From an uncultured Rhodospirillales bacterium (GTDB lineage: Bacteria > Pseudomonadota > Alphaproteobacteria > Acetobacterales > Acetobacteraceae), in assembly GCA_903904805.1 (NCBI GenBank), contig CAIVDX010000740.1, positions 1-33,521 of the forward strand: a stretch of DNA of 33,521 bases. Reading direction: 5' to 3'. Under the pieces are notes generated by a model. It saw only the letters and a list, made by a program, of their open reading frames with translations. It was not told where the DNA came from and did no database searches. The translations under genes were made by a program, and so were the position numbers. This document shows, one piece after another, positions 1 through 7,060 of the stretch; the first letter of the stretch is position 1, and each line of letters starts with the position of its first letter.

Positions 1-219
1 CATCACCGAGGTGACGACGGAAATGCCGCGCTCGCGTTCGATGCCCATCCAGTCCGACCGGGTGCGGCGGCGTTCGCCTTTAGCACGCACCTGACCGGCC
101 AGCTGGATCGCGCCACCGGCGCGCAGGATGCGTTCGGTCAGCGTGGTTTTGCCGGCATCGGGGTGGGAGATGATCGCGAAGGTGCGGCGTCTTTGGATTT
201 CGCTGACCAGGTCGGTCAT
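1..219 (-). CDS. prfC: Peptide chain release factor 3, N-terminal 73 codons (gene runs off the left edge)
   Basis: Reverse-strand translation from ATG 219-217 gives [73 protein letters not shown]. It has the translational-GTPase G1 motif ([12 protein letters not shown]) and the RF3-typical SDWMxxExxRGIS block. It is absent from the ORF track because the window edge truncates it. Confidence 0.85.
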   Translation of the reverse strand, partial: MTDLVSEIQRRRTFAIISHPDAGKTTLTERILRAGGAIQLAGQVRAKGERRRTRSDWMGIERERGISVVTSVM

Positions 220-243
220 TGGGAAAACCTTTAAGGAAGACTT

Positions 244-275
244 GTTCTTTTTTGAAAAAAAGAACCAAAAAACTT
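244..275 (+). repeat. AT-rich palindromic intergenic element, copy 1 (GTTCTTTTTTGAAAAAAAGAACCAAAAAACTT)
   Basis: 10-bp inverted repeat GTTCTTTTTT/AAAAAAGAAC plus a CAAAAAAC tail. It matches six other copies in the window. Its left end lies 24 nt upstream of the prfC ATG, in reversed orientation relative to prfC. Confidence 0.85.
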
Positions 276-310
276 ATGAAACCCGAGACCGTGCGGTGTC
301 ACGGGCAAAC

Positions 311-335
311 AAAAACCCCGGCCTGACGGCCGGGG
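311..335 (-). terminator. Rho-independent terminator downstream of rpsD
   Basis: On the minus strand: CCCCGGCC-GTCA-GGCCGGGG followed by TTTTT. This is an 8-bp GC stem beginning 13 nt after the rpsD stop. Confidence 0.8.
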
Positions 336-348
336 TTCTCGACAGTTT

Positions 349-966
349 TTAGCGCGAGTAGAACTCGACGACCAGGTTCGGTTCCATCTGGACCGGATAC
401 GGCACGTCCGACAGCTTCGGGGTGCGCATGAAGCGGCCCTTCATGGCGCGATGATCCACCTCGACATACTCAGGCACATCACGCTCCGCGCTCTGCGAGG
501 CATCGAGCACCATCGCCAGCTGCTTGGACTTCTCGCGAACCTCGATCTCGTCGCCATCCTTCACCAGATAGCTGGAGATGTTCACCTTCTTGCCGTTCAC
601 GGTGAGATGGCCGTGATTGACCAGCTGGCGGGCGGCGAACGGGGTGATCGCGAACTTCATGCGATACGCCACCGCGTCCAGACGACGCTCGAGCAGGTCG
701 ATCAGGTTCTCGGAGGTGTCGCCCTTGCGGCGCACGGCCTCCTCGTAATATTTGCGGAACTGCTTCTCGCTGATGTTACCGTAGTAACCTTTCAGCTTCT
801 GCTTGGCCATCAGCTGGGTGCCGAAGTCGCTGACCTTGCCCTTGCGGCGCTGGCCATGCTGGCCGGGGCCGTATTCGCGCTTGACCACCGGCGACTTCGA
901 CCGGCCCCACAGGTTCACACCCAGGCGGCGGTTGATCTTGTACTTGCTTTCGGCGCGCTTCGTCAT
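349..966 (-). CDS. rpsD: 30S ribosomal protein S4
   Basis: 205-aa product [26 protein letters not shown]... with the S4 RNA-binding domain ([49 protein letters not shown]). The track ORF 349-1080 is over-extended. The ATG at 966-964 is preceded by AAGGAGAGG. Confidence 0.95.
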   Translation of the reverse strand: MTKRAESKYKINRRLGVNLWGRSKSPVVKREYGPGQHGQRRKGKVSDFGTQLMAKQKLKGYYGNISEKQFRKYYEEAVRRKGDTSENLIDLLERRLDAVAYRMKFAITPFAARQLVNHGHLTVNGKKVNISSYLVKDGDEIEVREKSKQLAMVLDASQSAERDVPEYVEVDHRAMKGRFMRTPKLSDVPYPVQMEPNLVVEFYSR

Positions 967-1156
967 GCGCCTCTCCTTCTTCAGTGCCGCCGGGTCCTGA
1001 TGAACCTCATGCGGGCTTGTTGCACCGGTAGGCCCCACACGAGCGTGTGGGACGGGCGCGCACCCCGGAGGTACGTCCACGTTCCCGGCAATGCGGTGGC
1101 TCTATCGGGGGGAGGGGCTCTTGTCAAACCAACCCTGCCCTGCCACGTGCGCGCCC

Positions 1157-1381
1157 ATGATCAAACGCAGTGACATTATTCTGCTGGGGCTGAACGCGGC
1201 GGTGATCGGCTCACTGACCGGCGGCCTGCTGCTCGGCATCGGCCTCGGCCTGGTGGTCAATCGCGTGGAGGCCGGCTGGCTGCTGGTGTTGCCGGCCGCG
1301 CCCGTCGCCGGGCTGATCGGCATCGTGCTGGCCCGGCGCACCGCCCGCAAGCTGGCGGACGGCGCGCCCGCCAGCGGTTAA
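1157..1381 (+). CDS. Small hypothetical membrane protein (about 74 aa, two predicted TM helices)
   Basis: ORF MIKRSDIILLGLNAAVIGSLTGGLLLGIGLGLVVNRVEAGWLLVLPAAPVAGLIGIVLARR... has strongly GC-biased third positions, consistent with coding. I recognise no family. The start was chosen at the internal ATG 1157 of track ORF 1091-1381. Confidence 0.45.
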   Translation: MIKRSDIILLGLNAAVIGSLTGGLLLGIGLGLVVNRVEAGWLLVLPAAPVAGLIGIVLARRTARKLADGAPASG

Positions 1382-1387
1382 CGGCGT

Positions 1388-2455
1388 TCAGTTGGCCATC
1401 GCCATCGCCTGCGCCTCGACCGCCGCGTGGTCGAAGTCATTGCACTTGTCGGTGAACTTCGTGGTGTAGCCAACCTCGGCCGGCTTGGTGCCCTTCAACG
1501 CGCCGGACTTCACATAGATCTCCCGCGTCAGCTCCCAGGCGGCCGGATTGATGGCCCCGGTCTCCTTGCCCGGCGGAATGCCCTTCTCGCTGGTCTCAAA
1601 CCAGCGATCCATGATGTGGCGCTGGTTCTTCATCGCGGTGGCGGTGTCGAGATTGGCGGGCTTGGTGGTGGGGAATTGCGCCCAGAACAGGCGGATCGCC
1701 GCATCGCGGTTGGCCAGCGCGAAATGCAGTCCCTTGGCGATCGCCCGGCACATGCCGGCGACCGCCTCCGGATGCGCGGCGATGAAGCGATCGGTGGTGG
1801 CGAAGCTCATCGCGGCGATCTTGTTCTGATCGGGAATCTCGATGGCGCGGATCTTCATGCCGGTGTTCTCCATCGCCCCGCGCATGCCATCCCACACCGT
1901 CAGCGCATCCAGCTGGCCGGTCTGCAGCGCGGTGAAGGCGGCGGCATTCACGCCGGAGGTGACCGCGGAATATTGATCGGGCGTGATGCCCAGGCGCAGC
2001 AGCTGGTCCTTCACCGCGAGCCCACCGCCTGAGCCGAAGGCGGCGGCGCCGATCGACTTGCCCTTCAGGTCGGCGAGCGTGCGGATCGTTGAATTCTCCA
2101 GCACGATGACGATGGAGCCGGTGTTCTGCTTCAGCGTGTAGAACACGATCGGATCGCCACCCTGTTCGCGCAGCTGCAGCACCGATTCCGGCATGGTGGT
2201 GGCGAACTCGGCCTGGCCGCTCTGCAGCCCCTGCGCCGCCGGGCCACCGCCCGACACACCCTCGATCGCCACCTCCAGCCCCTCGGCGCGGAAATATCCG
2301 AGCTGCTGCGGAACGGCGTAGAGGAACACCTCCTCGCCCACCCCAACCGCGGGGTGCATCTGCAGGAACGTCACCTTGGTGAGCTCCGCAGCGCCGGCCG
2401 CAAGCGAGGGCAACAGGCAGGAGACGGCGAGGAGAAATCGTGTGCCAAAGCGCAT
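1388..2455 (-). CDS. ABC transporter periplasmic substrate-binding protein, NitT/TauT (NMT1/SsuA-like) family
   Basis: 355 aa with a signal-peptide-like N-terminus (MRFGTRFLLAVSCLLPSLAAGAAE) and overall SsuA/TauA/NMT1-like character. It is the last gene of the ATPase-permease-SBP operon. Confidence 0.75.
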   Translation of the reverse strand: MRFGTRFLLAVSCLLPSLAAGAAELTKVTFLQMHPAVGVGEEVFLYAVPQQLGYFRAEGLEVAIEGVSGGGPAAQGLQSGQAEFATTMPESVLQLREQGGDPIVFYTLKQNTGSIVIVLENSTIRTLADLKGKSIGAAAFGSGGGLAVKDQLLRLGITPDQYSAVTSGVNAAAFTALQTGQLDALTVWDGMRGAMENTGMKIRAIEIPDQNKIAAMSFATTDRFIAAHPEAVAGMCRAIAKGLHFALANRDAAIRLFWAQFPTTKPANLDTATAMKNQRHIMDRWFETSEKGIPPGKETGAINPAAWELTREIYVKSGALKGTKPAEVGYTTKFTDKCNDFDHAAVEAQAMAMAN

Positions 2456-2465
2456 GGGGTATTTC

Positions 2466-3332
2466 CTACAGGGAGGTGAGGTCGCGCCGCTGCGCCCAGA
2501 AGCACACGCGGCGTTCGACGATGCGGACGGATTGGTTCAGCGCGAAGCCGATGATGCCCAGGATGATCAGGATCGCGAACAAGGGTGCGATTTCCATCGC
2601 CTGGTCATACTGGATCAGCAGCATGCCGAGGCCTGCACGGGCGCCGACGAACTCGCCGACGATCGCACCCAGAACGGCCAGCGCGGAGGCGACATTCAAC
2701 CCGGCGAACAGGAACGGCATGGCCGAGGGGATGACGATCTTGCGCATGATCTGCAGCGGACGGGCGTTGCAGGAGCGGGCGAGATCGAGCCGGTCAGGGT
2801 CCACCGCGTGCGAGCCGGCGAGGGCCGCGATCAGCACAGGGAAGAAGGTGATGATCGCGGTGATGTAGATCTTGCCGTTGAAGCCGAGCCCGAACCAGAT
2901 CACCAGCAGCGGGGCCAGCGCCACCTTCGGCAGGGCCTGAAATGCGATGATGAAGGGATACACACTCCGCTCCAGCCCCCGCGAGGCGCCGAAGGCGAAA
3001 CCGAGCACCGCGCCGACCACCGAGCCGAGGACCAGCCCGGCGACGGATTCATAGACAGTGATGCCCGCATGGTACCAATAACCGCCGCGATCGAAGGCGC
3101 CGTGTGACAGGCCGCCGATCAGCGCCGACCACACCGCTTCGGGCTGCGGCAGGATGAATTCCGGCACGTCCAGCACATGGGTCGCGAATTCCCATGCGGC
3201 GAGCAGCAGCAGTGCGATCAGCGGCGCGACGATACGCTCGGGCGCACGCCGCAGCAGCATCGGCAGCCCGCCACGCGCGGGCTGCGCCACACCGGGCGGC
3301 GCGACCTCGACATGATTGGCGATGCCGCTCAT
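2466..3332 (-). CDS. ABC transporter permease, NitT/TauT family
   Basis: 288 aa, multi-TM, with the typical binding-protein-dependent permease loop (LARSCNARPLQIMRKIVIPSAMPFLFAGL). Its start shares 1 nt (3332) with the stop of the upstream ATPase gene. Confidence 0.85.
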   Translation of the reverse strand: MSGIANHVEVAPPGVAQPARGGLPMLLRRAPERIVAPLIALLLLAAWEFATHVLDVPEFILPQPEAVWSALIGGLSHGAFDRGGYWYHAGITVYESVAGLVLGSVVGAVLGFAFGASRGLERSVYPFIIAFQALPKVALAPLLVIWFGLGFNGKIYITAIITFFPVLIAALAGSHAVDPDRLDLARSCNARPLQIMRKIVIPSAMPFLFAGLNVASALAVLGAIVGEFVGARAGLGMLLIQYDQAMEIAPLFAILIILGIIGFALNQSVRIVERRVCFWAQRRDLTSL

Positions 3333-4156
3333 CAGATCTCCGATCTCGCCTGCAGCAAGGCCCGCACCTCGCCGGCATAGACACCGAACGCGTCGGTGTT
3401 GATGACATCGAGCCCACGCGGGAAGGGCAGATCGACGGTGATCTCCCGCGCCAGCCGGCCTGGCCGCGCGGTCATCACGAACACGCGCTGGGACAGAAAG
3501 ATCGCCTCGGTGATGGAGTGGGTGACGAACACAATGGTTTTGCCCGTCTGTTGCCAGAGCTTGAGCACATCGAGGTTCATCTGCTCGCGGGTCATCGCGT
3601 CGAGCGCGCCGAATGGCTCGTCCATCAGCAGGATCTGCGGGTCCTGTACCAGGGCCCGCACGATGGCGGCGCGCTGCTGCATGCCGCCCGAGAGTTCATG
3701 CGGAAAGCGCGCCTCGAACCCGGCGAGCCCGACGCCGGCGAGCAGGTCAAGCGCGTGGGCACGGTGCTTGGCGATCGGCAATTCGCGGAACTCGATCGGC
3801 AGCATCACGTTGTCGAGGATGGTGCGCCAGGGCAGCAGGACCGGCTGCTGGAACACCATTGCCGCCTTCGGGCCGGGATTGATGAGCGGCTCGCCATCGA
3901 TCAGCAGGCTGCCGGCTGTGGGCCGCGACAGGCCGGCGAGCGCGCGCAGCAGGGTGGATTTGCCGCAGCCGCTGGGGCCGACGATGGAGACCAGATCGCC
4001 CGGGAAGATGTCGAAGTTGACATCGGTGAGCGCGACCACTTCGCGCGCGGTGCCGGCATTGTAGAGCTTGGTGAGATTGCGTGCGGACAGGATCGGGCCG
4101 GCCGGTTGGGTCGGCACCCCCGTTTCGATCTCGACCCGCTGCGTCTGGTTCCGCAT
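3332..4156 (-). CDS. ABC transporter ATP-binding protein, NitT/TauT family
   Basis: Walker A GPSGCGKST, signature LSGGMQQR, Walker B LLMDEPFGALD. The track ORF (to 4315) is over-extended, so I start at MRNQTQRVE (ATG 4156-4154). Confidence 0.85.
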   Translation of the reverse strand: MRNQTQRVEIETGVPTQPAGPILSARNLTKLYNAGTAREVVALTDVNFDIFPGDLVSIVGPSGCGKSTLLRALAGLSRPTAGSLLIDGEPLINPGPKAAMVFQQPVLLPWRTILDNVMLPIEFRELPIAKHRAHALDLLAGVGLAGFEARFPHELSGGMQQRAAIVRALVQDPQILLMDEPFGALDAMTREQMNLDVLKLWQQTGKTIVFVTHSITEAIFLSQRVFVMTARPGRLAREITVDLPFPRGLDVINTDAFGVYAGEVRALLQARSEI

Positions 4157-4359
4157 GAATGCCACGGAAGGAAAAAAGCAAGCGCCATGCCATGCCGTCG
4201 CTGTGACGGGGACGCGCCACGTCCGCGCGACCCGACCTCGATTGCCCGAAGTGAAGGCAATATGTCGGCCTTTTCGATTTTCCGACGCGGATTCATGGCC
4301 GTATTGACGCGTCACCTGCGCTGCCGGAAGCTATGCGGAGGCATGCGGGAGAGGGTGCG

Positions 4360-5151
4360 ATGATCGTCCGGTCACCAGAAGATGGATCGCTGATCCTCAT
4401 CAACCAGACCGACCATGCGAAGCTGTCGGGCCTGTATGCCGCGCACTGGGGCAATGCCAACTTCGCCACGCCGGCGCCACGCGATTCAATGATCCGCGCG
4501 GCGATGTTCCATGACAATGGCTGGCACCGTTACGAGGCCGCGCCGCTGTATGATGTGACCGCGAAGACCTCGCCGAATTTCTTCCAGGTGCCGACAACCG
4601 ACGAGCAGCTTACGGAATTCGGCAATGCGATCGACTGGCTCACCTGGATTGATCCCTATGCGGGCCTGCTGATCAGCCGCCACCGCACGGGGCTGTATCG
4701 CTCGCGCTACGGCGCGGTGCAGCAGCCGGTCTCGGTCTCACGTGTGCGCAATGATCCGAAGCTGGATGCATTCGTGGCCGCGCGCGAGGTGGCACAGGAA
4801 GACCAGCTCATCAGCCTGGATCGCGCGCGCTTCAATGTCGATTACCAGCTGCTGCAGTTCTGGGATCTGCTGTCGCTCGCGCTGTGCGTGCGCGAGCCGC
4901 GCGATGAGGTGTTCGAGCTGGTGCCGCAGGACTTCACCGGCGATGGGTGCAGCGGCGTGCGCATGACGATGACTGTTCTGCCAGGCGATCAGATCGCGCT
5001 CGATCCGTATCCGTTCGATACCGACATGCTCATGCTTGGCTACGCCTATCGCCATATGCCGACGCCGGATTTTCCGGATCAGGACGCTTTTCAGGTGGCC
5101 TATTTCGGCACCACCCCGACGCTTCGGCAATTCACCTTTCGGCGCGCCTGA
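4360..5151 (+). CDS. DUF3891-like protein of unknown function
   Basis: The N-terminus MIVRSPEDGSLILINQTDHAKLSGLYAAHWGN matches my recollection of the uncharacterised DUF3891 family. A GGGAGAGGG Shine-Dalgarno sequence ends 5 nt before ATG 4360. Confidence 0.5.
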   Translation: MIVRSPEDGSLILINQTDHAKLSGLYAAHWGNANFATPAPRDSMIRAAMFHDNGWHRYEAAPLYDVTAKTSPNFFQVPTTDEQLTEFGNAIDWLTWIDPYAGLLISRHRTGLYRSRYGAVQQPVSVSRVRNDPKLDAFVAAREVAQEDQLISLDRARFNVDYQLLQFWDLLSLALCVREPRDEVFELVPQDFTGDGCSGVRMTMTVLPGDQIALDPYPFDTDMLMLGYAYRHMPTPDFPDQDAFQVAYFGTTPTLRQFTFRRA

Positions 5152-5153
5152 CC

Positions 5154-6113
5154 ATGCCGGCACCGCTGAGGCTGACAATCGCCGCCGACCCGTTCGAATC
5201 GATCCGCGCGCTGATGGAGCACTCCATCGCGCCTGAAGGGATCACGCTCGAGTTCCAGCCGGAGATGACCAACCCGGTGCGCCATCGCGCCATGGTGATC
5301 GATCGCGCCTTTGATGTGTGCGAGTTGAATGTCTGCACCTATCTGGTGGCGCGCGACCAGGGCGTGGCGCTGACGGCGATTCCGATCTTCCTGTTTCGCA
5401 AGTTCCGGCACGGCAACATCTTCATCAATCCGGCCTCCGGCATCACCGCGCCGGAACAGCTTGTCGGCGGGCGCATCGGCTGCCCCAGCATGGAGGCCGC
5501 CAGCAATGTCTGGATTCACGGCATCCTGGAGGACGACGGCAGCCTGCCCACGCGGTCCGTTACCTGGGTGGTCGAACGGGAGGAGGATATTCCCTTCACC
5601 CCGCCCCCGGATCTGCGCATTGAGCGCGCCCCGCCCGGCCGCAGCGTGGTGGATATGCTGATGCAGGACGAACTCGATGCTGTCTCCGCGCCGCAAACAC
5701 CGCCGGCGCTGATCAAGGGCGACCCGCGGATCGGCCGGCTGTTCCCGGATTACGCCATCCGCGAACGTTCCTATTTCGCCAAAACGGGTCTGTTCCCGAT
5801 CATGCACATCACCGCACTGCCGACCGAACTGGTGGCACGCGAGCCATGGATCGTGCCAAGCCTGATGAACGCCTTCGAGGAATCAAAGAAAATATCCAAC
5901 CACCATTTCTCCAATACCCGTGTGGGCACGCTCGCCTGGTTCGGCGCGTTGTGGGAGGAGGAGCATCAGATGTTCGGCGGCGATGCCTGGCCGTATGGCC
6001 TGACGCCGATCAACCGCCGCAACATCGAGACGGTGATTCGCTATACGTACGAGCAGGGCCTGATCAGCCGGATCTTCACCATCGAGGAGCTGTTCGCCCC
6101 CAGCACCCTGTAG
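5154..6113 (+). CDS. Cytoplasmic SBP-fold protein of the family usually annotated 4,5-dihydroxyphthalate decarboxylase (PhtD-like)
   Basis: 319 aa starting MPAPLRLTIAADPFESIRALMEHSIAPEGITLEFQPEMTNPVRHRAMVIDRAFDVCELNVCTYLVARDQGVALTAIPIFLFRKFRHGNIF. There is no signal peptide. The ATG lies 2 nt after the DUF3891 stop. Confidence 0.6.
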   Translation: MPAPLRLTIAADPFESIRALMEHSIAPEGITLEFQPEMTNPVRHRAMVIDRAFDVCELNVCTYLVARDQGVALTAIPIFLFRKFRHGNIFINPASGITAPEQLVGGRIGCPSMEAASNVWIHGILEDDGSLPTRSVTWVVEREEDIPFTPPPDLRIERAPPGRSVVDMLMQDELDAVSAPQTPPALIKGDPRIGRLFPDYAIRERSYFAKTGLFPIMHITALPTELVAREPWIVPSLMNAFEESKKISNHHFSNTRVGTLAWFGALWEEEHQMFGGDAWPYGLTPINRRNIETVIRYTYEQGLISRIFTIEELFAPSTL

Positions 6114-6119
6114 GCCTGG

Positions 6120-6905
6120 CTAGGTCTCGATCCGGCCATTCTGCCGGCGGCCATGCGCCAGTTCCGCCACCACGCCATGCAGCGTGCGCAGCTCCTGCTC
6201 GGTCACCTCGCCGCGCTGGAACAGGTGGCGGATGTTGCGCACCATGCCTGGACGCTTCGGCAAGTTCCTGAGAAATCCGCAGGAATCCAGCTCGGCGATC
6301 AGATGGGTGAGGAAATTCTCGAGCTCCCCCTTGGTTGCCACATGGGTCTCGTTGGTCATCAATTCCCGCGGCGGTGAGCCGTCGATCGCCATCCACCATT
6401 CATAGGCCATCACCATCACCGCCTGCGACAAATTGAGCGACATGAAGGCCGGGTTCAGCGGGTAGCGCACCAGCGCGTCGGCGCAGGCCATGTCGTCATT
6501 GTCGAGCCCCGCGCGCTCCGGCCCGAACAAGATGCCGGTCTTCAACCCACGTGTGCATATCTCACGCAATTCCATCGCGGCCCCGCGCGCCGTCATCACC
6601 GGCTTGACGACGTGGCGCGGGCGGGGGCACGTGGCCATCACGTGATGCAGATCGGCGATCGCACTTGGCACGTCATCATAGACGGTGGCGGCTTCAAGAA
6701 TCCGATCCGCGCCGGACGCCATCCGCCAGGCGCGATCCTGCGGCCAGCCATCACGCGGGGCAACAAGACGCAGATGGAACAATCCACCATTGGCCATCGC
6801 TCGTGCCACCGAGCCGATGTTATCGGCCAGTTGTGGACGCACCAGAATCACGATCGGACTGGGATCGATGGGCGCGATGGGGGCGCCGCCGTCTCGGCCG
6901 GTCAT
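6120..6905 (-). CDS. SpoU/TrmH-family RNA 2'-O-methyltransferase (TrmJ/LasT-like group)
   Basis: Contains VILVRPQLADNIGSVARAMANGG and GILFGPERAGLDNDDMACADALVRYPLNPAFMSLNLSQAVMVMAYEW (SPOUT knot motifs). The ATG at 6905 is preferred over the TTG at 6908 used by the track. Confidence 0.8.
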   Translation of the reverse strand: MTGRDGGAPIAPIDPSPIVILVRPQLADNIGSVARAMANGGLFHLRLVAPRDGWPQDRAWRMASGADRILEAATVYDDVPSAIADLHHVMATCPRPRHVVKPVMTARGAAMELREICTRGLKTGILFGPERAGLDNDDMACADALVRYPLNPAFMSLNLSQAVMVMAYEWWMAIDGSPPRELMTNETHVATKGELENFLTHLIAELDSCGFLRNLPKRPGMVRNIRHLFQRGEVTEQELRTLHGVVAELAHGRRQNGRIET

Positions 6906-6929
6906 CAAAAGAAGACCGCAAGAGAAGGC

Positions 6930-6965
6930 GTTATTTTTTGAAAAAAAGAACCAAAAAACTTTTTT
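6930..6965 (+). repeat. AT-rich palindromic intergenic element, copy 2 (GTTATTTTTTGAAAAAAAGAACCAAAAAACTTTTTT)
   Basis: Same element as copy 1. Its left end lies 24 nt upstream of the methyltransferase ATG (reversed relative to that gene). It forms an inverted pair with copy 3. Confidence 0.85.
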
Positions 6966-7016
6966 ACATTTGGTGCTGTATGGTTTCGACTCTCGCGCCC
7001 CCGCGGCGCCAGACTC

Positions 7017-7052
7017 ATAAAAGTCTGTTGGTTCCTTTTTTCAAAAAAGAAC
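7017..7052 (-). repeat. AT-rich palindromic intergenic element, copy 3 (minus strand: GTTCTTTTTTGAAAAAAGGAACCAACAGACTTTTATG)
   Basis: Starts 8 nt after the cysS stop, in the same orientation as cysS. It matches copy 2 at about 31 of 36 positions, in inverted orientation. Confidence 0.8.
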
Positions 7053-7060
7053 ATCCTTCC

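Noticed and set aside
244..275. Interpreting the AT-rich palindrome as a known alphaproteobacterial operator: LexA GTTC-N7-GTTC, CtrA TTAA-N7-TTAA or an IHF site.
   Set aside because: The GTTC/GAAC arms are inverted with a 14-nt A/T spacer, not direct repeats with N7. There are no TTAA half-sites at the right spacing. The strict placement after stop codons does not fit those regulons.
451..1173. Long antisense or shadow ORFs throughout the track, for example 451-1173, 3194-4363, 7505-8449, 11587-12777, 14879-15664, 15970-17202, 17425-18222, 18369-19475, 20532-21621, 24977-26563 and 31421-32605.
   Set aside because: They lie opposite or out of frame to genes with clear family signatures. They are Arg/Pro/Ala/Gly-rich, as expected for non-coding frames in GC-rich DNA, and have no recognisable motifs.
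7009..7027. A tRNA-like anticodon arm (CAGACT-CATAAA-AGTCTG, with a CAT triplet in the loop), plus a nearby ...GCACCA on the opposite strand. This suggested a tRNA or tRNA remnant.
   Set aside because: The loop length is wrong (6 to 8 nt, no U33-type context). I could not fold an acceptor, D or T arm on either strand. The hairpin is simply part of copy 3 of the AT-rich element.
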